A stretch of DNA of 64,000 nucleotides from an uncultured Acetatifactor sp. (lineage in GTDB: Bacteria > Bacillota > Clostridia > Lachnospirales > Lachnospiraceae). The notes under the pieces were generated by a model. It saw only the letters and a program-made list of their open reading frames with translations, was not told the origin of the DNA and made no database searches. The stretch spans positions 62,299-126,298 of the forward strand of contig CAZKAO010000001.1 of the NCBI GenBank assembly GCA_964550745.1, read 5' to 3'. This document shows positions 10,451 through 20,167 of this stretch, piece after piece (within the stretch, counting starts at the first letter, position 1; every line of letters starts with the position of its first letter). A program made the translations under genes and the position numbers.

Positions 10451-10461
10451 ATGCCATACCC

Positions 10462-11871
10462 CTACTTGTCCTCATTCTTCATAAAATCCTTCAATGCCGT
10501 AATCTGCTCGCTCTCCACACCCTCTGTACTGTCAGGCCAGAACAGCACCTTCAGCGTCAGCAGCATCAGCTGAAGATCCATCCAGGTGGAATAGTTTTCA
10601 ATATAGGTCAGATCCAGCTTCAGCTTGTCATAGGGCGTCGTGTTATATTTGCCGTACACCTGGGCATATCCTGCCAGTCCTGCCTTTACCTTCATCCGAT
10701 AGGCAAACTCCGGCATCACATCCATGTATTGGGCAATAATCTCAGGACGCTCCGGCCTGGGGCCGATAAAGGACATGTCGCCCTTGATAATATTGATCAG
10801 CTGGGGAAGCTCATCGATGCGCACCTTACGAATAAATCTGCCGATGGGAGTGATACGGTCGTCATGCTTCTGAGCCAGTCTTGCCACACCATCCCTTTCC
10901 GCATCCACCCGCATACTTCGGAATTTCAATATACGGAATTGACGCTGGTCCTGCGTACAGCGCACCTGCTTGTACAACACCGGCCCCCTGTCATATGCCT
11001 TGATCACTATGGCAGTGATCAGCATGATCGGAGATGTAATCACGAACAGCAGAAGGGCAAACACCAGATCAATAGTGCGCTTTATAAAACGCTGCTCCAC
11101 TGTCAGGCTGTACTCCCTGGTCAGCAGAATCGGCGTATCAAACAGATGAAGTTCTTCTGTTCCTCTGACTATAACATCTGTTATTTTTGGCATCATATAC
11201 ACACGGATCGACCGAGCGTAACAGAACTTCATCAGATCATTCCTCTCCTGAGTGGAGATATCCCAGATCACTACGGCATTGAACTCCTTTCTGTCATATC
11301 CGTCTGTGATCTCCCTGTACAGCTCCGGCAGCCCCCGTCCCACATGAATGCATCTCACAATGTCATACTTATCTCTGCGGCTCTTAAACTTCGCCATAAT
11401 ATTTTCAATGGGCCTGTCCCCGTGAATCAGCAGCATCTTGCGGGGCGGAAAAATAGATTTGTAGATCCAGTATGCGATATTGTTCCAGACCAGGATGATT
11501 ACCAGCTGCCACACCAGCAGATAGATAAAGCACTGGGGTACAAACAGCTGCTTTGCCATGATGGACAACTGCCCATACAGAAGCACATCTGCCGCCAGAC
11601 TGGCAAAAGCCTGAGAAAAGATAACCTCTGCATTTTTGAGATAGCCAATCCGCATACCGCCGTACATATGTGAAAGAAAGAACAACATCAGCACATAAAA
11701 AGCGATCTGCAGGGCATCCGCCCTCCAATAATACGGCACACCTGTGCTGGCGGTGATGCTGGGGCTGAAATTAGTCTTCCAGTAATAGGCATATACCAGC
11801 GTCTCCAATGCCATGCAAACCCCTGACAAAGCCAGCAATATAATTCTTTTTGAGGTTTCCAGTTTACGCAT
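10462..11871 (-). CDS. WcaJ/WbaP-type initiating phosphoglycosyl transferase
   Basis: 4 N-terminal TMs plus KRTIDL, KFRSM, RIDELPQ, IGPRPERP. Confidence 0.92.
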   Translation of the reverse strand: MRKLETSKRIILLALSGVCMALETLVYAYYWKTNFSPSITASTGVPYYWRADALQIAFYVLMLFFLSHMYGGMRIGYLKNAEVIFSQAFASLAADVLLYGQLSIMAKQLFVPQCFIYLLVWQLVIILVWNNIAYWIYKSIFPPRKMLLIHGDRPIENIMAKFKSRRDKYDIVRCIHVGRGLPELYREITDGYDRKEFNAVVIWDISTQERNDLMKFCYARSIRVYMMPKITDVIVRGTEELHLFDTPILLTREYSLTVEQRFIKRTIDLVFALLLFVITSPIMLITAIVIKAYDRGPVLYKQVRCTQDQRQFRILKFRSMRVDAERDGVARLAQKHDDRITPIGRFIRKVRIDELPQLINIIKGDMSFIGPRPERPEIIAQYMDVMPEFAYRMKVKAGLAGYAQVYGKYNTTPYDKLKLDLTYIENYSTWMDLQLMLLTLKVLFWPDSTEGVESEQITALKDFMKNEDK

Positions 11872-11987
11872 TTCTGTTTCCTTCCTGATATTACTTCCGC
11901 ACATCTGCGTATATATGCTGTACGAAAAATATATTTAAAAATTTAGTATAGCACACTTTTCATCATTCGTCCACCGGATACCGCCGT

Positions 11988-12746
11988 CTAAATCCTTCTG
12001 AGAACAGCCCTCACTGCCCAGAAACAGAAATTATACAGACTGTAGGCAACCGACAGCCCTTCTGCCCTGCGATACAGATTCCAGATCCGCCGTATGGCCT
12101 CCATTTTATTGGATGACAGGGATTCGGCTGGTCTGCGGTACAACACAAGATTCCGGTCCAGCCCGTAAGCCGTATAACCGTTTCGCAGCACCTTCCACCA
12201 CAACGCTGTGTCCTCGCTCTTGATATCCGGCATTTCCAACAGCTCTCTCGAAATCCGTTCCGTGTCAAACAACACTGTCGAGGTAAAAATCGTCGTATTC
12301 TTCAGAGCCTTCCTGTAGCCAAGCTGCTCCGGCACATGTACCACCTTGCCTGTGCCCACACCATTTTCATCCGCAAACTCATAACCGGTAAAGACAAACG
12401 CCGCCTCTTTCTCTCTCATAAACTGCAGCTCCAGCTCCAGCTTCTCCGGCTTCCACAAATCATCTGCATCCACATAGGCGATATAGCGGCCAACGGCCTC
12501 CTGCAATCCCCTGTTGCGCGCTTTCGCTGCACCTGCATTCTCCTGCTGGTCGATGATTCTCAGACGGTCCTCGCTCTCCGCCTCCTGATATTGCCTGATC
12601 ACCTGGGCGGTTCTGTCCCCACAGCCATCCAACACCAACACAAGCTCCCAGTCCCTGTAGGTCTGCGCCGCCACATGCCTTATTGTCTCCTCGATATATT
12701 TTTCCGCATTATATACGGGCACAATGATACTGACAGTTTCGTTCAT
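11988..12746 (-). CDS. Glycosyltransferase family 2 (TuaG-like)
   Basis: VSIIVPVYNAE, GAAKARN, YVDADDLW, SEDTALW, SLSSNK. Confidence 0.9.
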   Translation of the reverse strand: MNETVSIIVPVYNAEKYIEETIRHVAAQTYRDWELVLVLDGCGDRTAQVIRQYQEAESEDRLRIIDQQENAGAAKARNRGLQEAVGRYIAYVDADDLWKPEKLELELQFMREKEAAFVFTGYEFADENGVGTGKVVHVPEQLGYRKALKNTTIFTSTVLFDTERISRELLEMPDIKSEDTALWWKVLRNGYTAYGLDRNLVLYRRPAESLSSNKMEAIRRIWNLYRRAEGLSVAYSLYNFCFWAVRAVLRRI

Positions 12747-12768
12747 ATTTTTTCCCTTAAATCCTGCC

Positions 12769-13653
12769 TCAGTCGCAGATCCAGATCATGCAGTCTGCCA
12801 CTTCCCCAACGGGTTGCGCATGCAGGCCATACTCCTTTGACAGCTTCTCACAGGCCAGCGTAATACGTCCGGCCGCCTCCGTGGGAAATACCCATATGCG
12901 CGTACCACACTCCGCTGCCAGCTGCAGCATATAGGCATCCGACAGGCTCTGATCACTGTGAGCCTCATCCCCTGCCATTTCATATGCATCTCCCTGTTCT
13001 ATCACTTCCATCCAATCGAACAGCAGCTGCTGTTTCATAGGATAAGTATCATAAGCATAGGCAGCGGCAGCCGGCTCCCACATATTCCGCCCATAAAGCA
13101 CTCTGATCCTGCCATCCCGCTGCCTGACTGCCTCCAACACAGAACGGGGAGCCCACAGCAGAGTTTCCTCTATCTCCGGCAACTCCCGCAGATACTCCGC
13201 CACCTGTCCCGCCAGACTGTCCTGAGCTTTTTTCTCCTCACTGACAGTCTGAACCTGGCCCATATTGCCGGTGAGCAGCAAAAACACCAGCAGCACGGCG
13301 GTACCCGCCAGCAGTCTCAGGCCAGTTCTGTCGTCCCGGCGATTCTGCCCGGTCAGTTCCCACAGCGCTGTTACGCTTCCCCAGGAGATAAACAATGTCA
13401 CAGGCATCAGGCTCCATATCCAGAAATAGCTGTAGAGTCGACCCTGATACAGCATCAGAACCACTGCGCTCGCCGGAAAAAGTATAAGCGCCAGCAGGAC
13501 AGCTGTCAGCCGCAGCAGACGCTTTTCTCCGGGCTGCAGCTTTGTCTTTGCCACAAAGAAATACACCAGTATCCCCAACGCCAGCACGATCATATAATTG
13601 CTTTGAAAATAACTCCCCGGACCATATAACGCATTTTGTAAAAGCTCTCTCAT
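12769..13653 (-). CDS. Hypothetical membrane protein
   Basis: Start re-assigned to MRELLQ (ATGA overlap with upstream stop); about 4 TMs then a soluble domain with LYGRN motif. Confidence 0.65.
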   Translation of the reverse strand: MRELLQNALYGPGSYFQSNYMIVLALGILVYFFVAKTKLQPGEKRLLRLTAVLLALILFPASAVVLMLYQGRLYSYFWIWSLMPVTLFISWGSVTALWELTGQNRRDDRTGLRLLAGTAVLLVFLLLTGNMGQVQTVSEEKKAQDSLAGQVAEYLRELPEIEETLLWAPRSVLEAVRQRDGRIRVLYGRNMWEPAAAAYAYDTYPMKQQLLFDWMEVIEQGDAYEMAGDEAHSDQSLSDAYMLQLAAECGTRIWVFPTEAAGRITLACEKLSKEYGLHAQPVGEVADCMIWICD

Positions 13654-14678
13654 GGCTGTCCCTCCCGTTTCGAGCCGTTCAGCCACCCTGAGATCCGCAA
13701 GGTCAACCGCTGATACCATGCGCATGCGCTGATCATATCCAGCGCAAGCAGGACAACCAGCAGCAGAACGCACATCCCCAGGCCGTAAAAAGTCTGGCAG
13801 ACACAGGCCTCCGCCAGCACGCACAATACCATCCCCGGCCAGGTATGACGCAGATCCTTCTCCAGTCCCAACGTCAGAGCATAGGGCAGCAGAACCAGGT
13901 TGCGTATGGAAGTCCCCGTCCACGCGCTGTGCAAAGCTGCATAGCCATCCAGCCAGGGCATACCTTCCCCACACCAGAAAATCAGGGAAACCACTGTCAG
14001 AAACAGATATTTTTTGCGCGGATCGTCACCAAACAAAAGTCTGGCGATCCGATAATAAACCATATATGTGCCTGCAAGGACGGCCACGGGAATCAGATTC
14101 TGGACAAACAGCGCTCCTTCCACTCCAAAGGAGGATGCCAGAAGAGTATACAGCGTGGGCAACCCAAGAATCCGGTGGCGCATAGAAATCCCCTGAGTAT
14201 AAGCCTGTCCTGTCAACGGATTCACCTGATAAATACCATCCACCGCCTGAAAACTGCACACGGTTTCCACCATAATATCTCCTGAGACAGACAGCGCAGG
14301 CATACAATATACATATATCGCCTGAATCAGCACCATCAGCAGGAAAATGCCGGGCAGCACAAAACTTCTGCCATTTTCAGGCAGAATCCGAAAACGCTCT
14401 CTATGCCTATGGTATGTCACGGCTGCCAGCGCCAGCGCCGCCACAGCGAGAATCGCCATCATAACATGCCACAGCAACAGCAGTCTGCTCAAGGGCAGTT
14501 TTTCAAAGGTTCCCAGCAGATGCAGCGCTTCCGCCACACCGATACAGCACATTCCCCCCATAAGCCAAGCGTCTGTCATGCGTAGGGCTGCGACGGATTT
14601 TCCATATATTACAATCAGGATTCCCACACCCAGCAGCCAGGGAACCAGGGCAAGTGACAGCCACAAAAGAATAATCAT
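13650..14678 (-). CDS. DUF6077-like polytopic membrane protein
   Basis: About 9 TMs; loop GDIMVET...YQVNPLTG and W.G.S motif resembling DUF6077. Confidence 0.6.
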   Translation of the reverse strand: MIILLWLSLALVPWLLGVGILIVIYGKSVAALRMTDAWLMGGMCCIGVAEALHLLGTFEKLPLSRLLLLWHVMMAILAVAALALAAVTYHRHRERFRILPENGRSFVLPGIFLLMVLIQAIYVYCMPALSVSGDIMVETVCSFQAVDGIYQVNPLTGQAYTQGISMRHRILGLPTLYTLLASSFGVEGALFVQNLIPVAVLAGTYMVYYRIARLLFGDDPRKKYLFLTVVSLIFWCGEGMPWLDGYAALHSAWTGTSIRNLVLLPYALTLGLEKDLRHTWPGMVLCVLAEACVCQTFYGLGMCVLLLVVLLALDMISACAWYQRLTLRISGWLNGSKREGQP

Positions 14679-14819
14679 GAACCGGTCAGCCCCTTTCTTA
14701 CAAACATTTTCAGTAATAGTATTCCACAATTCCGTGCGCATCAGCGCATATTCCGTTCATAAGAGATAAATATAGAGCATTTTACTCATTATACCACAAT
14801 TTTCCTGTTTTGAATACTA

Positions 14820-14848
14820 AAAAAGAGACTGGTCACAGCCTCTTTTTC
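14820..14848 (-). terminator. Intrinsic terminator after the Spo0A_C gene
   Basis: AAAAAGAGACTG-GTCA-CAGCCTCTTTTT imperfect hairpin with A/T tracts. Confidence 0.65.
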
Positions 14849-14897
14849 CCCATAAGGAGCAGTACGAATTGTCAATAGTGTGTTATATTCTGATCCC

Positions 14898-15275
14898 CTA
14901 CCTTGATTTCATATCCAGACGCATTTTGTCGGCAATTCTGGCTATGTACTCACTGTTGGTCGGACGATTCTTGCCCTGCTGAACAGAATATCCAAACAGC
15001 TTTTCAAATGTCTCGACGTTCCCCCTCGTCCATGACACTTCGATCGCATTACGGATAGCTCGCTCTACTTTTTGATCTGTGGTCTTAAAATGTTTTGCAA
15101 TGGTAGGATACAGCAGCTTTGTCACGCTGCTCACTACCTCCATATCCCTGCCGGACAGCAAGATGGCATCCCGCAGATAATGATACCCTTTTAAGTGTGC
15201 CGGAACACCAATATCCAACATGATCTCCGTAATGTAGCACTCCAATTCGTAATCTTTTACAGTAGTAATGTCCAT
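14898..15275 (-). CDS. Spo0A C-terminal DNA-binding-domain protein lacking the receiver domain
   Basis: ITEIMLDIGVPAHLKGYHYLRDAI...KLLYPTIAK...VERAIRNAIEVSW...PTNSEYIA; only about 125 aa; SD AAAGGGG before MDITT. Confidence 0.9.
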   Translation of the reverse strand: MDITTVKDYELECYITEIMLDIGVPAHLKGYHYLRDAILLSGRDMEVVSSVTKLLYPTIAKHFKTTDQKVERAIRNAIEVSWTRGNVETFEKLFGYSVQQGKNRPTNSEYIARIADKMRLDMKSR

Positions 15276-15344
15276 AATGAATTCCCCTTTCACATGTCGA
15301 GTACTGCTCCTTACTGTAATTGATTGCATTAATCATATCATATC

Positions 15345-15351
15345 TGTCGAA
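15345..15351 (+). promoter_or_regulatory. Spo0A box (TGNCGAA)
   Basis: TGTCGAA exact match upstream of the Spo0A_C gene; near-match TGTCGAG at 15295-15301. Confidence 0.55.
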
Positions 15352-15433
15352 AAATGTATAGCTGTTTTTATCGCATGATATAACTCTATCCGTCAAAACT
15401 CTACAAGTTTTTATCCTTCACCTCACATCCGCT

Positions 15434-16363
15434 TTACAATTCCTCTTTCACGATATAGATCGGGCGCCTTTTCACTTCCATATAAGTCTTAGCCAGATAC
15501 TGGCCTATGATTCCCATACAAAACAGCTGCACTCCGCTGATCAGGGAGATGATACATACCAGCGAAGGCCAGCCGGACACCGGGTCTCCAAAAATACTTG
15601 TGCGCACAATGATAAAGATAATCAAAATAAATGCCAGCAGGCAGAACAATACACCCATAAAGGCGGCAATGCTCAGGGGCACTGTGGAAAATGCGGTGAT
15701 GCCCTCCAGCGAGTAGAGCAGCAGCTTCCAGAAGTTCCACTTGGTCTCCCCCTTGGTGCGCTCCACATTCTCATATTCAAGCCATTTTGTCTGAAAGCCC
15801 ACCCAGCCGTAGATACCCTTGGTAAAACGATTGTATTCCGTCATCTGCAGAATCGCATCGACCATCTGTCGGGTCATCAGGCGGTAGTCCCTGGCTCCGT
15901 CCATAATCTCCGTCCTGGAGATACGCTTCATCAGGCGGTAAAACATCCGGGCAAAAAAGGAGCGTACGGGCGGCTCTCCCTTGCGGCTGACCCTCCTGGT
16001 GGCCACAGAGTCATAGCCCTGCTCCATGTAGGAGAACATCTCCGGCAGCAGAGAGGGTGGGTCCTGCAGATCCACATCCATCAGCACCACATAGTCCCCA
16101 CTGGACTTTTGCAGCCCTGCATACATGCCCGCCTCCTTGCCAAAATTCCTCGAAAAGGAGATCAGATGCACTCTTTTGTCAGCGGCGCACAGCTTCTTCA
16201 CCTCGGCGGCGGTCCGATCTTTGGAGCCGTCGTCAATATAGAGAATCTCCAGCTCCAGTTCTTTTTCCCGGAAAAAAGACTCATTTTTCATCAGTTCCGT
16301 ATAAAAATCCGCTACGGATTCCTCTTCGTTATAGCAGGGCACGATCACACTCAATAAACTCAT
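15434..16363 (-). CDS. GtrB/CsbB-like polyprenol-phosphate glycosyltransferase (GT2)
   Basis: IVPCYNEE, IDDGSKD, FSRNFGKE, DVDLQDPP, two C-terminal TMs, KRRPIY. Confidence 0.92.
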   Translation of the reverse strand: MSLLSVIVPCYNEEESVADFYTELMKNESFFREKELELEILYIDDGSKDRTAAEVKKLCAADKRVHLISFSRNFGKEAGMYAGLQKSSGDYVVLMDVDLQDPPSLLPEMFSYMEQGYDSVATRRVSRKGEPPVRSFFARMFYRLMKRISRTEIMDGARDYRLMTRQMVDAILQMTEYNRFTKGIYGWVGFQTKWLEYENVERTKGETKWNFWKLLLYSLEGITAFSTVPLSIAAFMGVLFCLLAFILIIFIIVRTSIFGDPVSGWPSLVCIISLISGVQLFCMGIIGQYLAKTYMEVKRRPIYIVKEEL

Positions 16364-16547
16364 CCTGTATACTCCTATGCTTCTGGCACTTAACATTTCT
16401 GAATTTCAGTATACTATTATTCCCCCTATTGTGCAAGTTTCTTTTCTTCCATTCCATCTGTGAAAAAGTATTGGTAAAAAAATTCTCAAAGGTCTGGATA
16501 TCCTCATCGAAATCGTGTATAATGGACAGGGAAAAGAGGTTTCGTAC

Positions 16548-17006
16548 ATGGACTTTTTTGCGGGATTAATACAAAATAAGGTTTTTCTGGCTGCTGCGCT
16601 GGGATGGCTGGTGGCGCAGATTCTCAAAACACTGATTCATCTGTTCTTCACGAAAAGGTTTGTGGCGGAGCGTCTGGTAGGAAGCGGCGGTATGCCCAGT
16701 TCCCACTCCGCCACCGTATGCGCGCTGGTTACCGCCACATATATGGAACATGGCTCCGCCAGCTTTGCCTTTGCTATCGCCCTGGTCGTGGCCATCATCG
16801 TCATGTATGACGCCATCGGCGTCCGCCGGGAGACAGGCATACAGGCACAGCTGCTCAACAATATTATCAAGATCTTTGAGGATATGGGACGTGAGGAACT
16901 ATCCGCTCAGGACAAACTGAAAGAGTTTGTCGGCCATACTCCTTTTCAGGTATTGATGGGCAGCATACTGGGTATACTGATTGCCATATTGTTCTATCAA
17001 TTTTAA
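16548..17006 (+). CDS. Divergent PAP2 family protein (DUF212)
   Basis: GSGGMPSSHSA, VMYDAIGVRRETG, LKEFVGHTP. Confidence 0.92.
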   Translation: MDFFAGLIQNKVFLAAALGWLVAQILKTLIHLFFTKRFVAERLVGSGGMPSSHSATVCALVTATYMEHGSASFAFAIALVVAIIVMYDAIGVRRETGIQAQLLNNIIKIFEDMGREELSAQDKLKEFVGHTPFQVLMGSILGILIAILFYQF

Positions 17007-17015
17007 TATGTATAT

Positions 17016-17049
17016 AAAAAGGCCCGTCCTGTCAACCAGGCACGGGCCA
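17016..17049. terminator. Terminator between convergent PAP2 and HPr genes
   Basis: AAAAA-GGCCCGTCCTG-TCAAC-CAGG(C)ACGGGCC. Confidence 0.65.
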
Positions 17050-17057
17050 ATTCTCTC

Positions 17058-17321
17058 TTATTCTCCAAGTCCGCTTTCCACTGCGTCTATCAGGGTTTTG
17101 AGAGCATCCTGCTCATCCTCCCCCTCGCAGATAAATTCAATCTCATCTCCACATTTTACACAGGCGCCCAGCACGCTCAGCACGCTCTTGGCATTGGCTG
17201 TACTATCCCGAAATGTAAAAGTGATCAGTGATTTGAATTGCATTGCCTCCTTACATAAAATTCCTGCTGGTCTCAGATGCAGGCCAGTGGGATTCTTAAT
17301 TGTTACCTTCTGGCTTACCAT
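17058..17321 (-). CDS. ptsH: HPr phosphocarrier protein
   Basis: GLHLRPA (His15) and NAKSVLSV (Ser46), 87 aa. Confidence 0.9.
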   Translation of the reverse strand: MVSQKVTIKNPTGLHLRPAGILCKEAMQFKSLITFTFRDSTANAKSVLSVLGACVKCGDEIEFICEGEDEQDALKTLIDAVESGLGE

Positions 17322-17471
17322 ATGTCATACCTCCCCAAATTATAATGCTGTTTTGATTCGCCATCTCTATGTATACCCTCATTTATCCATCTTAAACGCT
17401 GCACACGGCAACGGCTTCCCACTTATACTGTTCTCATTTTAGCATATAAGCAAAAAAACCTCAAGTGCAAC

Positions 17472-18821
17472 TTAGAACATCCTGTCCTGAATCAGTTTGG
17501 CAAGCGTTGTAGCCTCCTCCTTGATCGCTTCGTAGTCCCTGCCCTCGATCATAACCCGCACCAGGGGTTCCGTTCCGGAAGGCCGGATCAGCACTCTGCC
17601 CTCCCCCGCAAACTTCTCTTCCAGGGCAGCGATAGCCTCTGCAATCTCCGGATACTCCATATAACGCTCCTTCTTGTGATTGGCCACCTTGGCATTGACC
17701 ATCACCTGCGGAAGAACCTCCATGATCTGCGCCAGCTCCGACAGCGGCTTCCCGGTATCCACCATCACCTCCAGCAGATGCAGCGCACTGAGCAGGCCGT
17801 CGCCGGTAGTGTTCTCGTCCAGAAAAATCACATGTCCCGACTGCTCTCCTCCCAAACTGGTGTCAAGTTCTCTCATGCGCTCCAACACATAGCGGTCGCC
17901 CACCTTGGTCTGTTCCACATGCAGATTTTCTCTCTCCGCCATCAAAAAGAAACCCAGATTACTCATGATAGTCGCAACAATAGTATCCTTCTTCAACCGC
18001 CCGCGACTCTTCAGATAGTTGCCCACGATAGCCATGATCTGGTCGCCGTCTACCATCTTGCCATTCTCATCCACTGCCAGCAGACGGTCCGCGTCGCCGT
18101 CAAAAGCCAGGCCTATATTCGCTTTCTCAAATACTACTCTGGCCTGCAGTTCCTCCATATGTGTGGAACCGCAGTTGGCATTGATATTGGTGCCGTCCGG
18201 GTTGTTATGAATCGCCACCACCTCGCCGCCCAGTTCCTTAAGCGCCTCCACGGAGGTGTAATAAGCCGCGCCCTCCGCACAGTCCACTACAATCTTCAGA
18301 TTGCTCAGATCCACCTTCACCGACTGAATCGCATGGTTGATGTACTCCTCCCTGGCATCCGTTCGGTACTTGATCTTGCCGACCCCAGGGCCTGTGGGGA
18401 ATTTCACCCCCTGCATCTGAGAGCGGATCAATGCCTCAATCTCATCCTCCAACGCATCCGGCAGCTTGTAGCCATCCCCGTCAAAAAACTTGATACCGTT
18501 AAACTCCACCGGATTGTGGGATGCGGAGATTACCACTCCGGCATCCACTTTGTATTTCTGGGTGAGATATGCCACAGCAGGCGTGGGAATCACACCTACA
18601 TACACACAGTTTGCCCCCACAGAGCAGGCTCCTGCCATCAGAGCATTGGCAAGCATATCACCGGATATCCGTGTATCACATCCCACCATAATAGTGGGTT
18701 TGTGTTCCTTCTCTTTGGTCAGTACATAGGCTCCCGCCTGTCCCAGCTGCATGGCAAGCAGGGGTGTGAGTTCTTCATTGGCAATACCTCGGACTCCGTC
18801 AGTACCAAACAATCTAGCCAT
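17472..18821 (-). CDS. glmM: Phosphoglucosamine mutase
   Basis: LFGTDGVRG, ISASHNP, FDGDADR, GGEQSGH, RPSGTEP; follows cdaA-cdaR. Confidence 0.97.
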   Translation of the reverse strand: MARLFGTDGVRGIANEELTPLLAMQLGQAGAYVLTKEKEHKPTIMVGCDTRISGDMLANALMAGACSVGANCVYVGVIPTPAVAYLTQKYKVDAGVVISASHNPVEFNGIKFFDGDGYKLPDALEDEIEALIRSQMQGVKFPTGPGVGKIKYRTDAREEYINHAIQSVKVDLSNLKIVVDCAEGAAYYTSVEALKELGGEVVAIHNNPDGTNINANCGSTHMEELQARVVFEKANIGLAFDGDADRLLAVDENGKMVDGDQIMAIVGNYLKSRGRLKKDTIVATIMSNLGFFLMAERENLHVEQTKVGDRYVLERMRELDTSLGGEQSGHVIFLDENTTGDGLLSALHLLEVMVDTGKPLSELAQIMEVLPQVMVNAKVANHKKERYMEYPEIAEAIAALEEKFAGEGRVLIRPSGTEPLVRVMIEGRDYEAIKEEATTLAKLIQDRMF

Positions 18822-18844
18822 ATTACTAATGATCCTCCCTCGAT

Positions 18845-20167
18845 CTATTCATTGCTTTCCGCATCCTCTTCCTGCTCTCTCGTAAACCTCAGCGTGATAG
18901 CAGGTGTAGCCACCTTTTCCTGCCCGGACAGCAGCGAGACGGTCACTGGCAGACTATACTCTCCCTCGGGCAACTCCGACAGATTGGAATTCTCCATCCA
19001 GGCGCTGACATCCACCACTCCCTGCAGAGTAGACGATGACAACAGCATAGTATATGCCTCCAGTCCTCTCACTATCAGCGGAGTGGAAGTGCTTCCGATG
19101 ATCTGATACTCCATCCCCTCCGGAACATTGATGATCTGAATATTCTCTGCCTGCAGACGAATCGTTTTTTCCTTGATCTCTTCAATCTTAACTGTCACTC
19201 TGGCCGTGTCGTTAAAGTTCGCGTCCGCAAAGTAGATTCCTACCGGCAGGTAATCCTTCAGGTGTACTACTGTCTCAAAGTCCTCGATTGAACCGGTAAT
19301 ATTGACATCCTCCGGCCTTACCTGCAGCTCAGAAATATTGATCAGTCTATCAGCGGGACCCGCAATTTTTACCGTCTCTATAGAAGCCTCTATCTCGCCG
19401 GTATCCACATAATTTTCCGCCAGCGTACCTGCATAATCGTAGACCACGGGAATCTCCTTAATATTCCATACCGTCACCGAGATGGTGACCGCATCCAGAT
19501 TCCTGATTACCGAATTCCGGACCACCTCATTGCCGTCGGCATCCACCAGCCGAATCTCTCCCGAGGCAGTGCTGTTGCTGGTGATGCCAGCTACATCCAC
19601 CTCCACCATCGCCCGGTCGATCTGATCAATAGCACTCCTGGGGCCCTCTATATGCATCCGGTTCCGGTCTAATGTGGTGCCGCCGATCATATATCCCGAC
19701 GCCACATCACCGATTTTTATGACTTCAATATTAATCCATTTATCCGCTTTCTCCTCAATATTCAGCTTCACATACTCAATATTGCCTCTGATATTCTGTA
19801 CCTGGTCGCCGTACTTGGGACAGGAAAACTTGATCTCCACCGTATTGGTCACCGTCAGGTTGGTCAGATCCGCCTCCGCAATGATATCGCTGCTCTGAAT
19901 CTCTCTCCTGACACTGCTGGGGGCGTCAAACGTCACTGTGCGCAGCACATCCGTATTGTCCAGGATTTCATAGACCTGGTTATTTTCCGTAAGCAGCTCC
20001 GTGTTGAGCAAATTGACTTTTATATTCTGGAATCTCCTCTCATCCACCGGATCATCCGTACTGATTACCACAAACCACAAAGCAAAGGCCAGCAGCAGGG
20101 ATATGATCTTTAACAGCCAATGAGAGAAGAACATAGAGCAAATTTTGGAACCTATTTTCCCTTTCAT
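18845..20167 (-). CDS. cdaR: CdaR/YbbR diadenylate cyclase regulator
   Basis: KIISLLLAFALWFVV TM, repeated YbbR-like domains (ADL, GP motifs); synteny. Confidence 0.9.
   Translation of the reverse strand: MKGKIGSKICSMFFSHWLLKIISLLLAFALWFVVISTDDPVDERRFQNIKVNLLNTELLTENNQVYEILDNTDVLRTVTFDAPSSVRREIQSSDIIAEADLTNLTVTNTVEIKFSCPKYGDQVQNIRGNIEYVKLNIEEKADKWINIEVIKIGDVASGYMIGGTTLDRNRMHIEGPRSAIDQIDRAMVEVDVAGITSNSTASGEIRLVDADGNEVVRNSVIRNLDAVTISVTVWNIKEIPVVYDYAGTLAENYVDTGEIEASIETVKIAGPADRLINISELQVRPEDVNITGSIEDFETVVHLKDYLPVGIYFADANFNDTARVTVKIEEIKEKTIRLQAENIQIINVPEGMEYQIIGSTSTPLIVRGLEAYTMLLSSSTLQGVVDVSAWMENSNLSELPEGEYSLPVTVSLLSGQEKVATPAITLRFTREQEEDAESNE

Noticed and set aside
12769-13974. Long N-terminal extension of the 401-aa ORF (similar cases at 2952, 8645, 59769)
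   Set aside because: Overlap upstream genes or lack SD support; downstream starts with SD or ATGA coupling are more plausible
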